Below, piece by piece: positions 32,874-42,894 of a stretch of DNA of 64,000 bases. The number at the start of each line of letters is the position of its first letter. The stretch's first letter is position 1. The notes under the pieces were generated by a model. That model was given only the letters and a program-made list of their open reading frames with translations. It ran no database searches and had not been told where the DNA came from. The translations under genes were made by a program, and so were the position numbers. Origin of the DNA: an uncultured delta proteobacterium (GTDB lineage: Bacteria; Desulfobacterota; WTBG01; CAIYCZ01; CAIRTM01); assembly GCA_963804955.1 (NCBI GenBank), contig CAWDSQ010000030.1:160001-224000 (forward strand), in the 5' to 3' direction.

Positions 32874-34218
32874 GCTTTGCAAGAAAAAGCGGCAGCCGTG
32901 CATCGGCTTCGTGAAGCTTACGGGCATAGTGCCTGACGCCCAGGTTTGCACCAAGCAGCAGGAACCGGCCTTCCCGGGCATTGCAGAACCGCTTGAAAAT
33001 ACGCTGCATGCTGTAGCTGCGGCGCCACACATCATGCAGCAGATTCTGCAGCGCGGCAGGGCGAATATGCCGGGGCTGAAAAACCACATGCTCCTGATCA
33101 TAATAGCGCCAGTCTTCAGTGAGAATTCTGCCTTCGGCCCTGATGCGCTCGAAAAGCCGGGTGCCGGGAAAGGGTGTAATGGCGGCAAATCGCACGAGAT
33201 CAAGCTCCAGATCGTCGATCCGCGAAACCATCTGCCCGAGTGACTCGGGCGTATCGCCGTCCAGCCCGAGCATGAAGGTTCCGAGAATCCCGATGCCGCG
33301 GTTGTGCAGGGTCCGCACCAGATCACGGTAGGCAGCGATATCGTTTGTGTCTTTTCGTTCCACGGCCAGGCTCTCAGCTGAGAATGACTCAAATCCCATG
33401 AGTATTCCCTTGCACCCGCTTGTGACGGCAAGCTCAAAGAGTTCTCGATCCGCAGTGAAATCGGTGCCCGCAAGGCCGCCCCAGTGAATATTGAGCGGTA
33501 TGAGCCGGCTGAAAAGCTCTTTTGCATAGTCCTTGTCATAGGTCAGGTTCGGGTCAAGGAAAAGGATCATTTTAGAGCCGAGCATCCTGATTTCTTCAAC
33601 CACTTCGTCAATATCCCTGCGGTACTGATTCCCCCAGAGGTGATTGATGGCGCAGAAGTCGCATTGGTTACCGCAGCCAAGCGTTGCAATGACTGTGGGC
33701 ATCGGCAAATATGCTTTTTTGCGCAGCAGATCCCGTCGGGCCACCGGGTGATGAATTCGGTCGCATGGCTCCTGGCAATAGATTTTCTGCGGAGCGCCTG
33801 CAGCAAACTCCCGCAACAGCTGCGGCCATGACCGGTCCCCGGCACCCACGACAACGGCGTCGGCATGCATGGCTGCTTCCTGCGGCATGAGGGTGGGGTG
33901 CGCGCCGCCCAGCACGGTGACAGCGCCGCGCTTTTTAAAATAATCGCACAGCTCGTAAGCGCGCGCAGACGATGAAGCGCAGCAGGTTATGCCCACGACA
34001 TCCCAGCTTTTTGCGTCATAATCAGCCGGCTCCGTTCCCTCGTCAACAATGTCGATTTGCGCGTTCAGCTCTTCTGGAACAAGTGCTGCAAGCGTGGTCA
34101 GCGTCAGGGGCGCATAGGTAACGGAACTGCGGAATATGCCGTTATAGTAATACGTGGCGTCGCGCGCAAGAATGATCAGAATTTTCAAGGCGCTGCCGTG
34201 TGCTGCGTTATTCATCAC
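32866..34218 (-). CDS. Cobalamin-binding radical SAM enzyme (type A paralog)
   Basis: YAPLTLTTLAALVP, GGAHPTL, GCGNQCDFC, LDPNL, MGFES and TPFPGT. Confidence 0.9.
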   Translation of the reverse strand: MMNNAAHGSALKILIILARDATYYYNGIFRSSVTYAPLTLTTLAALVPEELNAQIDIVDEGTEPADYDAKSWDVVGITCCASSSARAYELCDYFKKRGAVTVLGGAHPTLMPQEAAMHADAVVVGAGDRSWPQLLREFAAGAPQKIYCQEPCDRIHHPVARRDLLRKKAYLPMPTVIATLGCGNQCDFCAINHLWGNQYRRDIDEVVEEIRMLGSKMILFLDPNLTYDKDYAKELFSRLIPLNIHWGGLAGTDFTADRELFELAVTSGCKGILMGFESFSAESLAVERKDTNDIAAYRDLVRTLHNRGIGILGTFMLGLDGDTPESLGQMVSRIDDLELDLVRFAAITPFPGTRLFERIRAEGRILTEDWRYYDQEHVVFQPRHIRPAALQNLLHDVWRRSYSMQRIFKRFCNAREGRFLLLGANLGVRHYARKLHEADARLPLFLAKHD

Positions 34219-34356
34219 GTTAAAAACCTCGATGTTAAATGCTGTTTCAGGACTGCCGTGCTAGTGGCTTTCGTATTCCTCTTCGGCTTCAAGCCGACCC
34301 TGGTTCTTGATCCCATGCTGGCAGGTAGCAGCAGTCTTATCATCCCCTTTGGTGGC

Positions 34357-34537
34357 TAGAGCATGTAACTTTATTCTGTAACCGTTTGCACCGGGGACTC
34401 TTTGGTTCATTCGCCCGTGCTAGATTCTCGCAAGATACACCGATTGAGGAACTACGCCAATGGCTCGAACCGCACGGGCTGCTTCACCAAAAACTCCCCG
34501 GTGACCATATGGCTACAACATTTTGTTAAATGCTCTA
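34357..34537. mobile_element. 181-bp MITE-like palindromic element with TA ends
   Basis: Terminal IR TAGAGCATGTAAC / GTTAAATGCTCTA (12 of 13 match); inner IRs CACCGGGGA/TCCCCGGTG, TTTGGT/ACCAAA and GCCCGTGC/GCACGGGC. Confidence 0.6.
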
Positions 34538-34642
34538 AGGCCCCTTTCCACCCCTGCCTGAATATCTTGCTGCACTCCTGCCTTTTGCAGCCCGGTATTC
34601 TTATCGGGATATTCGCGGACCAGACTGTCGGGCTCCTTCTCT

Positions 34643-36388
34643 TTAGTCTGCAGTGCCATGGCCGGGCCTTTGCGCAGCCGGCGCCGTGTCAATTCTGATA
34701 TTTTTGATCCGCGCATTTGTCCCTACCTCGACGCTAAAGCGCGGGTAGGGGCTGTTCTTCTTCACATATACAGCATAGCCAAAGCCTGTGCGCATCCAGG
34801 AAAACGCGCCGGTTGAAAGATCGAGGATATCGATGGGGTGCAGGGAGCGCGGCCATGCCTCGCTCAGAAAGCCGGGACTGATGGCAAACGAGGTCATATA
34901 GTCGTAGTGCTCTTTGAACAGGGGTTCTTCGACTATGCCCGCAGCGCTGCCGGGATAAATATCGGATGACTTCATCCGCACGGTGTAGAGGAAAACATAA
35001 TCAGGGGCCAGGCTCAGGAGCAGTTCAAGCTCCCTTTTTTTAAAGGAGACGAAGCTGGCTGAGGGCGGGAAAAAAGATATATCGGGCGAACCGTAGCGGG
35101 CTTTGAGGTCTGCAAAATCACGGCTGGTGAGGCCGACCAGGTCCAGGGTGGCGGCCCGGGAAATATAGGCGAAGTAGCCCACATCGCCGATGGCTATGAG
35201 GGGTTTTGTCCCCAGTTCGCGGCGGACCCATTCGCCGAAAGTTCCCCAATTGAAGCGGGCACAAGCCCCAAGTTCACGCCATCGGTAATTAAAAGCCAAA
35301 TCCCTACAGAACTGATCGCCGGCTACAAACAGCAGGCCCGCTGCGAGTGCCGCCCAGAGCAGCTTTCTGGCCGCTGTCGGCGCCCATGAGCGCCAGAGCT
35401 CGGCCAGCAGCAGCTGGCAGCAGATGATCATCAGGGGCACCACGGGCAGATTATAGCGGAAATAGGGCATCCACTCCCAGGCGGAAAAGCAGAGGCTGGG
35501 CACAAACCCCGTGGCGATAAAAACATACAGGGGCGGCAGCATGCATCGTTTATCCGGCAGCCGCACAAAAATAAAAAACGGCAGAAGAAACAGAAGCCAC
35601 GCATAGTTGGTGAAAAAAGCGCGGTTGATAAAAAAGCCCATCAACAACTCCACATACAGGGGCATGGAGCCTTTGGCATAGTAGGTATTAGGAAGCAGCA
35701 GGCCATAGTAGTGCAGGCGCCACACAAGAAAAGCGCCGTAGCACAGGCAAAACAACAGTATGCCCGATAGCATTGGCCGCAGGGATTCTTTGTTTGAAAA
35801 GCGCCGCCATAGCAGCCAGGCGCAGTAGGCAAAGAAAAAAAGTATGCCCTCGGGCCGGGTGAAGGCTGCAAGCAGGAGCATAAAAAAAACACCGAAACAG
35901 CGGCCCTGGCTTTTGTGCGCCCTCATGCCTGCGGCGGCTGCGGCTGCCACCAGCATGGTGTAGCAGGAAGTTTCAAGACCTGATGCGGCATAAAACTGGA
36001 GGGGTAAATACAGCAGATACAGCAGAGGGCCGGCAAGAGACAGTATCCCCCGTACTGCGAACCAGCGCCAGGGGATGAACCATACCAGCAGCAGCGTCAG
36101 GCTGTTGCACAGGGCGCCTGCCATGCGGCTGACGCTGACCATGTCAAAGCCGAGCCTGTGCGCAGCGGCAAGAGAAAACATCCAGAGCGGATTGGAATAG
36201 CCCTCGACGCGCTCGCCGGGATTAAAGACCGGGCCATAACCGTCAGCGAGATTTCTGGAAAAGCGGAAGGTGATATAGGCGTCTTCACAAGGGTCGGGGG
36301 TCAGCGAGAAAATATAAGCCAGTTCCCCGGCATATATTCCAGCCACCAGCAGCCCCAGTATAAAGAGCCGGTTTTTTCTAGCAGCCAT
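34643..36388 (-). CDS. Polytopic GT-C-like membrane protein (AftB/ArnT-like)
   Basis: EDAYITFRFSRNLADGYGPVFNPGERVEGYSNPLW, SGLET, TRPEG, PNTYYAK and DLVGL; many TM segments. Confidence 0.75.
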   Translation of the reverse strand: MAARKNRLFILGLLVAGIYAGELAYIFSLTPDPCEDAYITFRFSRNLADGYGPVFNPGERVEGYSNPLWMFSLAAAHRLGFDMVSVSRMAGALCNSLTLLLVWFIPWRWFAVRGILSLAGPLLYLLYLPLQFYAASGLETSCYTMLVAAAAAAGMRAHKSQGRCFGVFFMLLLAAFTRPEGILFFFAYCAWLLWRRFSNKESLRPMLSGILLFCLCYGAFLVWRLHYYGLLLPNTYYAKGSMPLYVELLMGFFINRAFFTNYAWLLFLLPFFIFVRLPDKRCMLPPLYVFIATGFVPSLCFSAWEWMPYFRYNLPVVPLMIICCQLLLAELWRSWAPTAARKLLWAALAAGLLFVAGDQFCRDLAFNYRWRELGACARFNWGTFGEWVRRELGTKPLIAIGDVGYFAYISRAATLDLVGLTSRDFADLKARYGSPDISFFPPSASFVSFKKRELELLLSLAPDYVFLYTVRMKSSDIYPGSAAGIVEEPLFKEHYDYMTSFAISPGFLSEAWPRSLHPIDILDLSTGAFSWMRTGFGYAVYVKKNSPYPRFSVEVGTNARIKNIRIDTAPAAQRPGHGTAD

Positions 36389-36716
36389 AAGCCTCCAATA
36401 TACGCGTATAATTTAGATGTTTGGATGCGAACCAGTTCACAAACAGACTGTTTTTTTGGCATGTCCTAGTATAAAGGCAACTGTGACATGAGCTGCCAAC
36501 TGATGCAATGCCAGTCAGGCGCCAGCCCCGGCAGCCATGCCGGCCTTTCCGTTGGCGGGCAGCCGCCTACCGGCTCTCCCGTATGCGGGAAACAGCAGGG
36601 AGTATACCGGATGACCTTTTTCATAGGCGAGTATCTTGTTATCACCGAGCATTTTCTCGAAATAGCTCGCGCCCATATTCGACAGGGCTTTAAAAGTTCT
36701 AACAGTGCTGCATGGC

Positions 36717-37829
36717 TCATAGTGCTGCGACCTCTATATAGGGGATGCGATTGTCAAGAGCGCTGTGCCAGCCCGCTGCATCGTCCCAGCAGATTGTGTA
36801 GAGAATGCTTTTGTAGGACAGATGAAGAAGGTTGCGGGCAGGCGCAAGCAGCGGATCGTTTTCCGCAAGCCCCACCATAAGGTATGCGTAGCCGCGCTGC
36901 GCAGCAAGATTATGGACATGCCGGAGCAAAAGTGAAAAAATACGGGCATCATTGTTTTCCATGCAGACAAAGCTGGCATAGGCCATGCGCAGCTCTTCTC
37001 CCGGGGGCGGCAGGGGCCGGGCGCCCAAGAGCCGCAGGCCCAGGTTGAACGGCCGGCGAAGGCTGCCTAGGGGCCAGCTGTAGCGCTGGATGACTATCTG
37101 CTTGCAGGAGGATTGGTCCCAGAGCCCGATGATGCCGGCGAGCTTTCCGCTGCGGCGGGCCAGAAGGAAGTCCCGGACATCAAAGCCCCGGGTGCGGGGG
37201 CTGCCGCAAAAATCATTTTCGGTGTAGCAGGGAAAAAACTGTTTTTCGCAGCCGCGGCGCCGCAGAAATTCAATTATCTCCGGAAGCTCCCCGGCTGTGC
37301 CGCGGCATACCTGTATTTTATCAGTGGTCACTGCCAGCGGCCGGCGGACAATGATCGCCAGCGTCCACAGGCGGCAGTAGGGCCGCACCGCCGGATATCC
37401 CGGCCGGGGCCGGTCTACAAACAGGCCTACCGGTTTGGTATTGCCTTCAATGATTGAGGCAATATAGCCCTGCACGCGGCCGTCGGCGTGAAGGCTTCTG
37501 AGCCACCGATGCCCCTGCGGCGCCAGCTGCAGCCACCGGCCCTGGAATTTTTTATCAACGCGCAGCTGGCTGTAGTAGCCCACCTCCTGCTCCCTCCCGT
37601 TAACAAAAAGCGGGCAGCTGGAACGGCCCATGATGCCCGCAAGCGCGCCGTCCGGCCGGTGGCGCGCCATGAGAACCTGGCTGAAGGGGCCCATGGTAGC
37701 GCAGCCCGGAAAATAATCGGGCTCGCGCAGATAATTCAGCGTTATGGGCCCCGGCATGGGATTTGCCGCAAGCAGATGCCGGATATCGGCATCATCGGCC
37801 TGCCCTGCAAGCCTGAGCTCAAAATCCAT
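36717..37829 (-). CDS. GNAT-like acyltransferase (probably tandem GNAT)
   Basis: RLAGQADD.., GYYSQLRVDKKFQGR acetyl-CoA-binding-like motif. Confidence 0.65.
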   Translation of the reverse strand: MDFELRLAGQADDADIRHLLAANPMPGPITLNYLREPDYFPGCATMGPFSQVLMARHRPDGALAGIMGRSSCPLFVNGREQEVGYYSQLRVDKKFQGRWLQLAPQGHRWLRSLHADGRVQGYIASIIEGNTKPVGLFVDRPRPGYPAVRPYCRLWTLAIIVRRPLAVTTDKIQVCRGTAGELPEIIEFLRRRGCEKQFFPCYTENDFCGSPRTRGFDVRDFLLARRSGKLAGIIGLWDQSSCKQIVIQRYSWPLGSLRRPFNLGLRLLGARPLPPPGEELRMAYASFVCMENNDARIFSLLLRHVHNLAAQRGYAYLMVGLAENDPLLAPARNLLHLSYKSILYTICWDDAAGWHSALDNRIPYIEVAAL

Positions 37830-37859
37830 TGCCGCCGCCCCTGTAGTTGTGCGTTTGCA

Positions 37860-39215
37860 TCAGTTCGCCCTGATAATCTCTCCGCGCCAGCCTGCATCGC
37901 CGAGGGGGTAGAAATCGCGCTGCGTAATCTCGCGGCGGAACATATTGTTGATTAATAAAAAGTTTCCGAACATCGACAGGCCTCCGCTGTTTACGGAGTC
38001 TATGCTTCGCTTCAGGATGCTGGGCCAGCTGTAGAATTCGCGGCGCGCTTCAACGCAGCGGCGCTGCAGTTCCTCCGGGGTCAGGTGCATGGGCTGGAAC
38101 GGCATTTTGTTGTAGCTATAGTTGTCATCAAGCCACCACGAATTATACAGCAGGCGGTTTTCCTGCTGCAGCCGGGCGTACAGCGGCGTGCCGGGAAACG
38201 GCGTCAGGTGGTTGAATGCCGTGATAAAAAACCGGTGCTGCCGGGCAAAGGCAACGCTTTCGGCAAACGAGGCGGCCGTATCGTGGTCATAGCCGAACAC
38301 GAAGGTGATGTAGAGCCGGATTCGATAGCGCCGCAGATTGGCAAGGGCCTGCGCATAGCCGCCCTGCATGGTGTTGAAGCCCTTGTTCATGGACGCAAGA
38401 TTCTCGGGGTTGAGGCTTTCAAATCCGATGAGAACGCACTGGCAGCCGCTGCGCGCGAGCAGTTCGAGAAACTCTTCGTCATGGGCGGCGTGGATGCTGA
38501 CCTGGCCGACCCACTTGATCTTGAGCGGTATGAGGGCGCGCAGAAAATCCTTTGCCTGCTCCATATCCGCCGTAAGATTATCGTCGATGAAAAAAATCGC
38601 CTTTTTCTGCGGCCACACCCGTCTGATTTCTTCCAGCACCTCGTCGGGGGGGCGGCAGGTTCGGCTGCGGTGAAAGGCCGTCTGTATCGAGCAGAAGTCG
38701 CAGCCGCAGGGACATCCCCGGCCCCATTCAACAAGCCCGATGGGCAGGTAGCGCTTGCCGCGGAAGATGCTCCGGTCGGGCTTGAGGCCCGAGAGTGCGG
38801 GCCGCGCCGAACAGCGGTAGAATTTTTTCAGGGTTCCGTGGCGGGCATCGTCGATAACCTCGGGCCACAGCAATTCCGCTTCGCCCACAACGACGGCCTC
38901 GGCATACAGCGCCACTTCATCCGGGCACAGGGTCGCGTGAAACCCGCCCATCACGACGGGCACGCCGCGGCGGCGGTACTCGCTGGCGATCTGGTAGGAC
39001 CTTTTTGCCGTGTACGTCTCGATGCTGATGGCCACAAGATCCGTGGGCCTGTCATAGGGTATGGCCTCCATGCGATCATCGTAAAACGCGATTTCAGCGT
39101 TCTTCAGCGGCAGCCCGGCAATGGTGGCAGCGGGCAGCGGCTCCATCTGCCATGTGCCGATATAGCGCTCTCCCGGCCTGCGTCCGACGCTGGGATGGAT
39201 AATGGTTATGCGCAT
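37860..39215 (-). CDS. Cobalamin-binding radical SAM enzyme (type B paralog)
   Basis: MEPLPAATIAGL, GGFHATL, RGCPCGCDFC, IDDNL, IGFESL and TPFPGT. Confidence 0.9.
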   Translation of the reverse strand: MRITIIHPSVGRRPGERYIGTWQMEPLPAATIAGLPLKNAEIAFYDDRMEAIPYDRPTDLVAISIETYTAKRSYQIASEYRRRGVPVVMGGFHATLCPDEVALYAEAVVVGEAELLWPEVIDDARHGTLKKFYRCSARPALSGLKPDRSIFRGKRYLPIGLVEWGRGCPCGCDFCSIQTAFHRSRTCRPPDEVLEEIRRVWPQKKAIFFIDDNLTADMEQAKDFLRALIPLKIKWVGQVSIHAAHDEEFLELLARSGCQCVLIGFESLNPENLASMNKGFNTMQGGYAQALANLRRYRIRLYITFVFGYDHDTAASFAESVAFARQHRFFITAFNHLTPFPGTPLYARLQQENRLLYNSWWLDDNYSYNKMPFQPMHLTPEELQRRCVEARREFYSWPSILKRSIDSVNSGGLSMFGNFLLINNMFRREITQRDFYPLGDAGWRGEIIRAN

Positions 39216-39217
39216 AC

Positions 39218-40495
39218 CTACTTCCCCTGAAGTGTTTTATAAAAGCCCGGATATTCAAAATGCCTGAGCTTTTTGCAAATGCTGCAGGAATCCTCCACAG
39301 CCGTCGGCAACTGCTCAATGCCCATTTCCCGGATCTTTTCAGCCACCTCCTCTCCCATGCACCGGCCTTTGGGTTTGCCGATGAGGCTGTTCATGCGCGG
39401 CCATAAATTTTTAATGCTTTCCTGCCGGACATTGCCGAATGACAGCGGCACGAGATCGCAGGGCTGAAGCTCCCCGGAGGCGCTTATGTAGGAATGCTGC
39501 ACCCCGGCCGAGCACCCGAGCGTTTTGAAGTCTTGAACATGGATCTCGGAGGAGACTTTCATGCCCGACATGGTCCTGTTGGCTTCAGCCTGAATTTTTA
39601 AAAGCAGGCGCCGGGTTTCATCGGTGTAGGAAATATCGCTGAGGTCGTAGAGCGCCCGGCCGATTTTTTTCGGCTCCATGATGACGACATCCTTGACGCC
39701 GAGTGATTTTGCGAAATTGAAAAGTTTGAAAAGCTCCTCGCGGTTGATGCCTACCTTGGGGATCACGGATATGATAGCCGTGTAAAAGCCGTGGCTGACC
39801 GAAAGCTTCAGCGCTCGCACGGCATTGTCGAAAGAGACGTTGACCCCGCGTATTTTGTTGTCGGTGTCGCGGTCATAGGAGTTAAGGCTCACGGCAATAG
39901 CGTAAAGCCCGCTTTTTTTCAGTGACGCAGCCCGCTTTTCGTCAAGACCGCAGCCCGTGGTGAGCAGGTAGGTGACCGAGCGGCTGTCGATTGCTTCAAT
40001 GATCCGCTCCAGGTCCCGGCGCATCAGCGGCTCGCCGCCTGTGAATGAAATTGTGGGGCCGTTCATGTCCTGCACATCCTTCGCGACCCTGATCCACTCC
40101 TCGGTCGTGAGCTCGGGGCCAGGCTTTTTTCCGTCGTTGCTGCAGTAATAGCATTTGTAGGAACAGGCGTTTGTGACGGCGAAGCAGAATGTGGCAGGGG
40201 CTGATTTCTCAATGCGGGCATGCTGCGAGAAAATGTTTTTGCTGCTGGGCGTAGATTTAATAAAAGTCATGAAGGCTTCAGACGGTATGGGAGGAACGGT
40301 CATGTTGTGAAAAAACTGGCCGTTGTCCAAAACGATCATTTTGTCGACACTCAGCAGGCAGCGCATGGCTTTGCAGAGTCTGACCAGAGAGTAGGAAGGA
40401 TCTTCTTTCAATAGAGCATGCACCTGCCGTAAAAATTTCCTGGTTTTTTTGTCCAGAAACATGCGAATCATTACCGTCAAATTGATAAAAAACAT
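39218..40495 (-). CDS. Radical SAM enzyme with SPASM/twitch domain
   Basis: TNACSYKCYYC, FTGGEPL and GCSAG..ISASGELQPC..FGNV..C. Confidence 0.88.
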   Translation of the reverse strand: MFFINLTVMIRMFLDKKTRKFLRQVHALLKEDPSYSLVRLCKAMRCLLSVDKMIVLDNGQFFHNMTVPPIPSEAFMTFIKSTPSSKNIFSQHARIEKSAPATFCFAVTNACSYKCYYCSNDGKKPGPELTTEEWIRVAKDVQDMNGPTISFTGGEPLMRRDLERIIEAIDSRSVTYLLTTGCGLDEKRAASLKKSGLYAIAVSLNSYDRDTDNKIRGVNVSFDNAVRALKLSVSHGFYTAIISVIPKVGINREELFKLFNFAKSLGVKDVVIMEPKKIGRALYDLSDISYTDETRRLLLKIQAEANRTMSGMKVSSEIHVQDFKTLGCSAGVQHSYISASGELQPCDLVPLSFGNVRQESIKNLWPRMNSLIGKPKGRCMGEEVAEKIREMGIEQLPTAVEDSCSICKKLRHFEYPGFYKTLQGK

Positions 40496-40523
40496 GGGTT
40501 TCTCTCTCAGTAAAGTGTTGGCG

Positions 40524-42167
40524 TTACGCCGCGAAGCTGCCGCTGAGCGTATGCTGCCAGTCCGATTCCTTGCGCAGGGCAAGCAGTTTTGCATCTCCCA
40601 TGCCGCCGCAGGCGCCTGCAATTTTTTCAAAATAGCTCCGCTCGGGGTTGCCGCTTGTACGAAACAGCCGCAGGGGCGCAAGCTGCGAAAGGCTGCGCGC
40701 ATGGAGGTAGTGATAGTTTTCCATGAGCCCCTGCTCCATCGCGGCCCGCAGGGTTGCGGCATCAGGGTCGGTTGCTGCGCTGTAAAAAAAGACGTAGCCC
40801 GAGCCTGTCTCGTCCGGGGCCATCATGGCGAAGCTGAAGCGCGTGCAGAGTTCTTTTTCGGCTTGCCGTATAACGGATTCGACATGCCCCAGATGCAGCT
40901 TTTCACCGACCAGGTCGGTAAGGCAGTTGTCGCGCCCTGTGAACTCAAGCAGGGGCAGGCGGTTGAAGAATCCGGTGACCCTGACAAGATCGTGCAGCCG
41001 GTAGCGGTACAGCCCGCCGCCGGTTGTCATGATGGCGCTGTAGGTGCGGTCTTTTTCAATGCGCCACAGCGGCTGTACCTCGCCCGTGCCGGTGTCTGCA
41101 AATTCCAGAAAATGGGACGTGACGGCTGCGACCCGGTGGCCGGCAGGTCCTATCGGGATCGATACGACACCCTCTGTCGCGAGAAGCCCCTTGGGCTGGA
41201 TGGCCGCCTGCGGGAAGCGCTCGGCAAGAGCGGGCAGGCTGTGGGCCGACCAGCCGTCAGCCCAGCAGCTCAGCACTTTCAGGTTTGGCCAGATGCCCGC
41301 AAAGCCGTGCGCCCGGATATCGATGTTTTCCAGATAGTCAGCCCGGCCGGGGCAGGGGCGCAGGTACCTGGCGAACAGGGAGCGGCTGGCAGGCTCCGGC
41401 ACGGCGCTGGTGCTGATCGAGCCGAGCCTCAGGTCGCGGGTAAGCTCCGTAAAGCGGCGCTCGATGAGGTCGGCAAGAATCGACAGCACTGACGGGTGCC
41501 ACACTGAAATAAGGCGCAGGTTTTCCTGGCGAAGCAGAAAAAGGGCGCTGAGGTAGAGAAAGCTCTCCGTGCCGGCCACTGCCGCTGTTTCATGGGGCAC
41601 GCACATGAGCCGGCTGCAGCAGCGCATCTGAAGTGCGCTCAGGTATGCCGCATCGGGCATGAATCTCACCGGAACCTTTGAGTCCGCACTATCCTTCGGA
41701 TGCGTGTGCGGCGTCGTGACCCAGTACTGGCTGCCGCCGTGCAGGGCAGGGGTGTGCAGGAAGAGTGACGCCAGCCAGGGGCTGAGGGCCGCGCGGAACT
41801 GCCGAAGGAGCGACGGCGTGTAGGGAATGAGCTTGGTGGCGCTTGAGCTGCCGCTTGTGGGCACCAGCGCCAGAACTTCTTCCGCGGTCAGGACAGCCCT
41901 GCCGCCCTGCCTGATTCGGCTGATGTAGCCTTCCAGGTCTTCATAGCCGCACACGGGCACGGACCGGAAATCCTCATATGTCCTGATGCCGGAAAAGCCG
42001 TGGCGCCTGCCGTAGTCTGTGTCGCGGTTTGCCGCAATGATGCTGCGCAGCAGGCTCCGCTGAACCTCTTCGGGAGCCCGGCTCGCCCGCATAAATGCAG
42101 CGTAGCGGCTCATGCACGAAGCAAGCATGCCGCGTGACGCCAGGTGCTGCATGGTTCTTTCAAGCAT
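40524..42167 (-). CDS. GH3-family acyl-adenylate-forming enzyme
   Basis: PTSGSSSATKLIPYT P-loop, LLATEG, HFLEF, TTGGGLYRYRLHDLV and GEKL. Confidence 0.88.
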   Translation of the reverse strand: MLERTMQHLASRGMLASCMSRYAAFMRASRAPEEVQRSLLRSIIAANRDTDYGRRHGFSGIRTYEDFRSVPVCGYEDLEGYISRIRQGGRAVLTAEEVLALVPTSGSSSATKLIPYTPSLLRQFRAALSPWLASLFLHTPALHGGSQYWVTTPHTHPKDSADSKVPVRFMPDAAYLSALQMRCCSRLMCVPHETAAVAGTESFLYLSALFLLRQENLRLISVWHPSVLSILADLIERRFTELTRDLRLGSISTSAVPEPASRSLFARYLRPCPGRADYLENIDIRAHGFAGIWPNLKVLSCWADGWSAHSLPALAERFPQAAIQPKGLLATEGVVSIPIGPAGHRVAAVTSHFLEFADTGTGEVQPLWRIEKDRTYSAIMTTGGGLYRYRLHDLVRVTGFFNRLPLLEFTGRDNCLTDLVGEKLHLGHVESVIRQAEKELCTRFSFAMMAPDETGSGYVFFYSAATDPDAATLRAAMEQGLMENYHYLHARSLSQLAPLRLFRTSGNPERSYFEKIAGACGGMGDAKLLALRKESDWQHTLSGSFAA

Positions 42168-42894
42168 GGTGCTCTACCCATGATACAGGGGTTGTTCTGA
42201 TAGAGCGCCAGGCGGACCGGTTGAGGTTGCCGGGCCGCAGCGCCGTAATGCAGGCCAACTCGTCGCCTATGACATGGCCGGGATTTTTTTTGAAAAAAAA
42301 ATCAATATGCGGGTCACTCATCCTGCCGGGTGCGACCTGCTGCATAACTGGTTTCAGGCGGTCTTTCATGCCCTGCGTCCGGATAATGCCGCTCGGGGCG
42401 TCGTAGGAGCCTCTGAATTTGAACATCGCGGCCGCATCCAGCGCATGTTGAAAAGATTGCGGCGTCGGCATGTCGAACCTGGGGTAGAATTCATTGAAGA
42501 ATACCGGCAGAAACCTGTAGGTGCGGTAGCCTTTGGAGATGAGGAACCAGTAGAGATCGCGGTCGCCAGCAATATTGAGCCCTTTTAGGATCAGGTGGCC
42601 GAAGCAGCCGGCCAGGGCGGGGTAATTGCGGCATGCCCTGTCAACGATGGTATCGCCGCTGAAAAGAAACAGCGTTTCCCTGCCGTCCACGAGAATCGTC
42701 AATATCTGCAGCGTTGAAAATCCTCCGAGTGCGGAGCCGTTGCGCAGCACGATTACCCACTGCTTCTGCTCAAGATCGCTGAAAAAGGCGTCGGGCGCAA
42801 CATTTGCGAAATACCGGCAGTGCAGCTGCAGCATCTCCTCCCGATCGGCTTTGGTCAGGCATCCCTGTTGGTATATCTGCGACTGTAGGTTCAT
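42160..42894 (-). CDS. Uncharacterised protein, probable GNAT-like fold, coupled to GH3
   Basis: FSGDTIVDRACR and YWFLISKGYRTYRFLPVFF; overlaps both neighbours. The fold assignment is inference. Confidence 0.6.
   Translation of the reverse strand: MNLQSQIYQQGCLTKADREEMLQLHCRYFANVAPDAFFSDLEQKQWVIVLRNGSALGGFSTLQILTILVDGRETLFLFSGDTIVDRACRNYPALAGCFGHLILKGLNIAGDRDLYWFLISKGYRTYRFLPVFFNEFYPRFDMPTPQSFQHALDAAAMFKFRGSYDAPSGIIRTQGMKDRLKPVMQQVAPGRMSDPHIDFFFKKNPGHVIGDELACITALRPGNLNRSAWRSIRTTPVSWVEHHA

Noticed and set aside
32874..33539. N-terminal extension of the 675-aa ORF, and similar long overlapping or antisense ORFs (e.g. 6571-7881, 26367-27710, 38085-39230, 57446-58549, 62015-63106)
   Set aside because: They overlap well-supported genes in another frame or strand and show no motifs; typical shadow ORFs of GC-rich DNA.
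34245..34660. 6S RNA, RNase P RNA or tmRNA
   Set aside because: No RNase P GAGGAAAGUCC motif, no tRNA-like ends or tag ORF, and TA-ended terminal inverted repeats fit a MITE better than 6S RNA.
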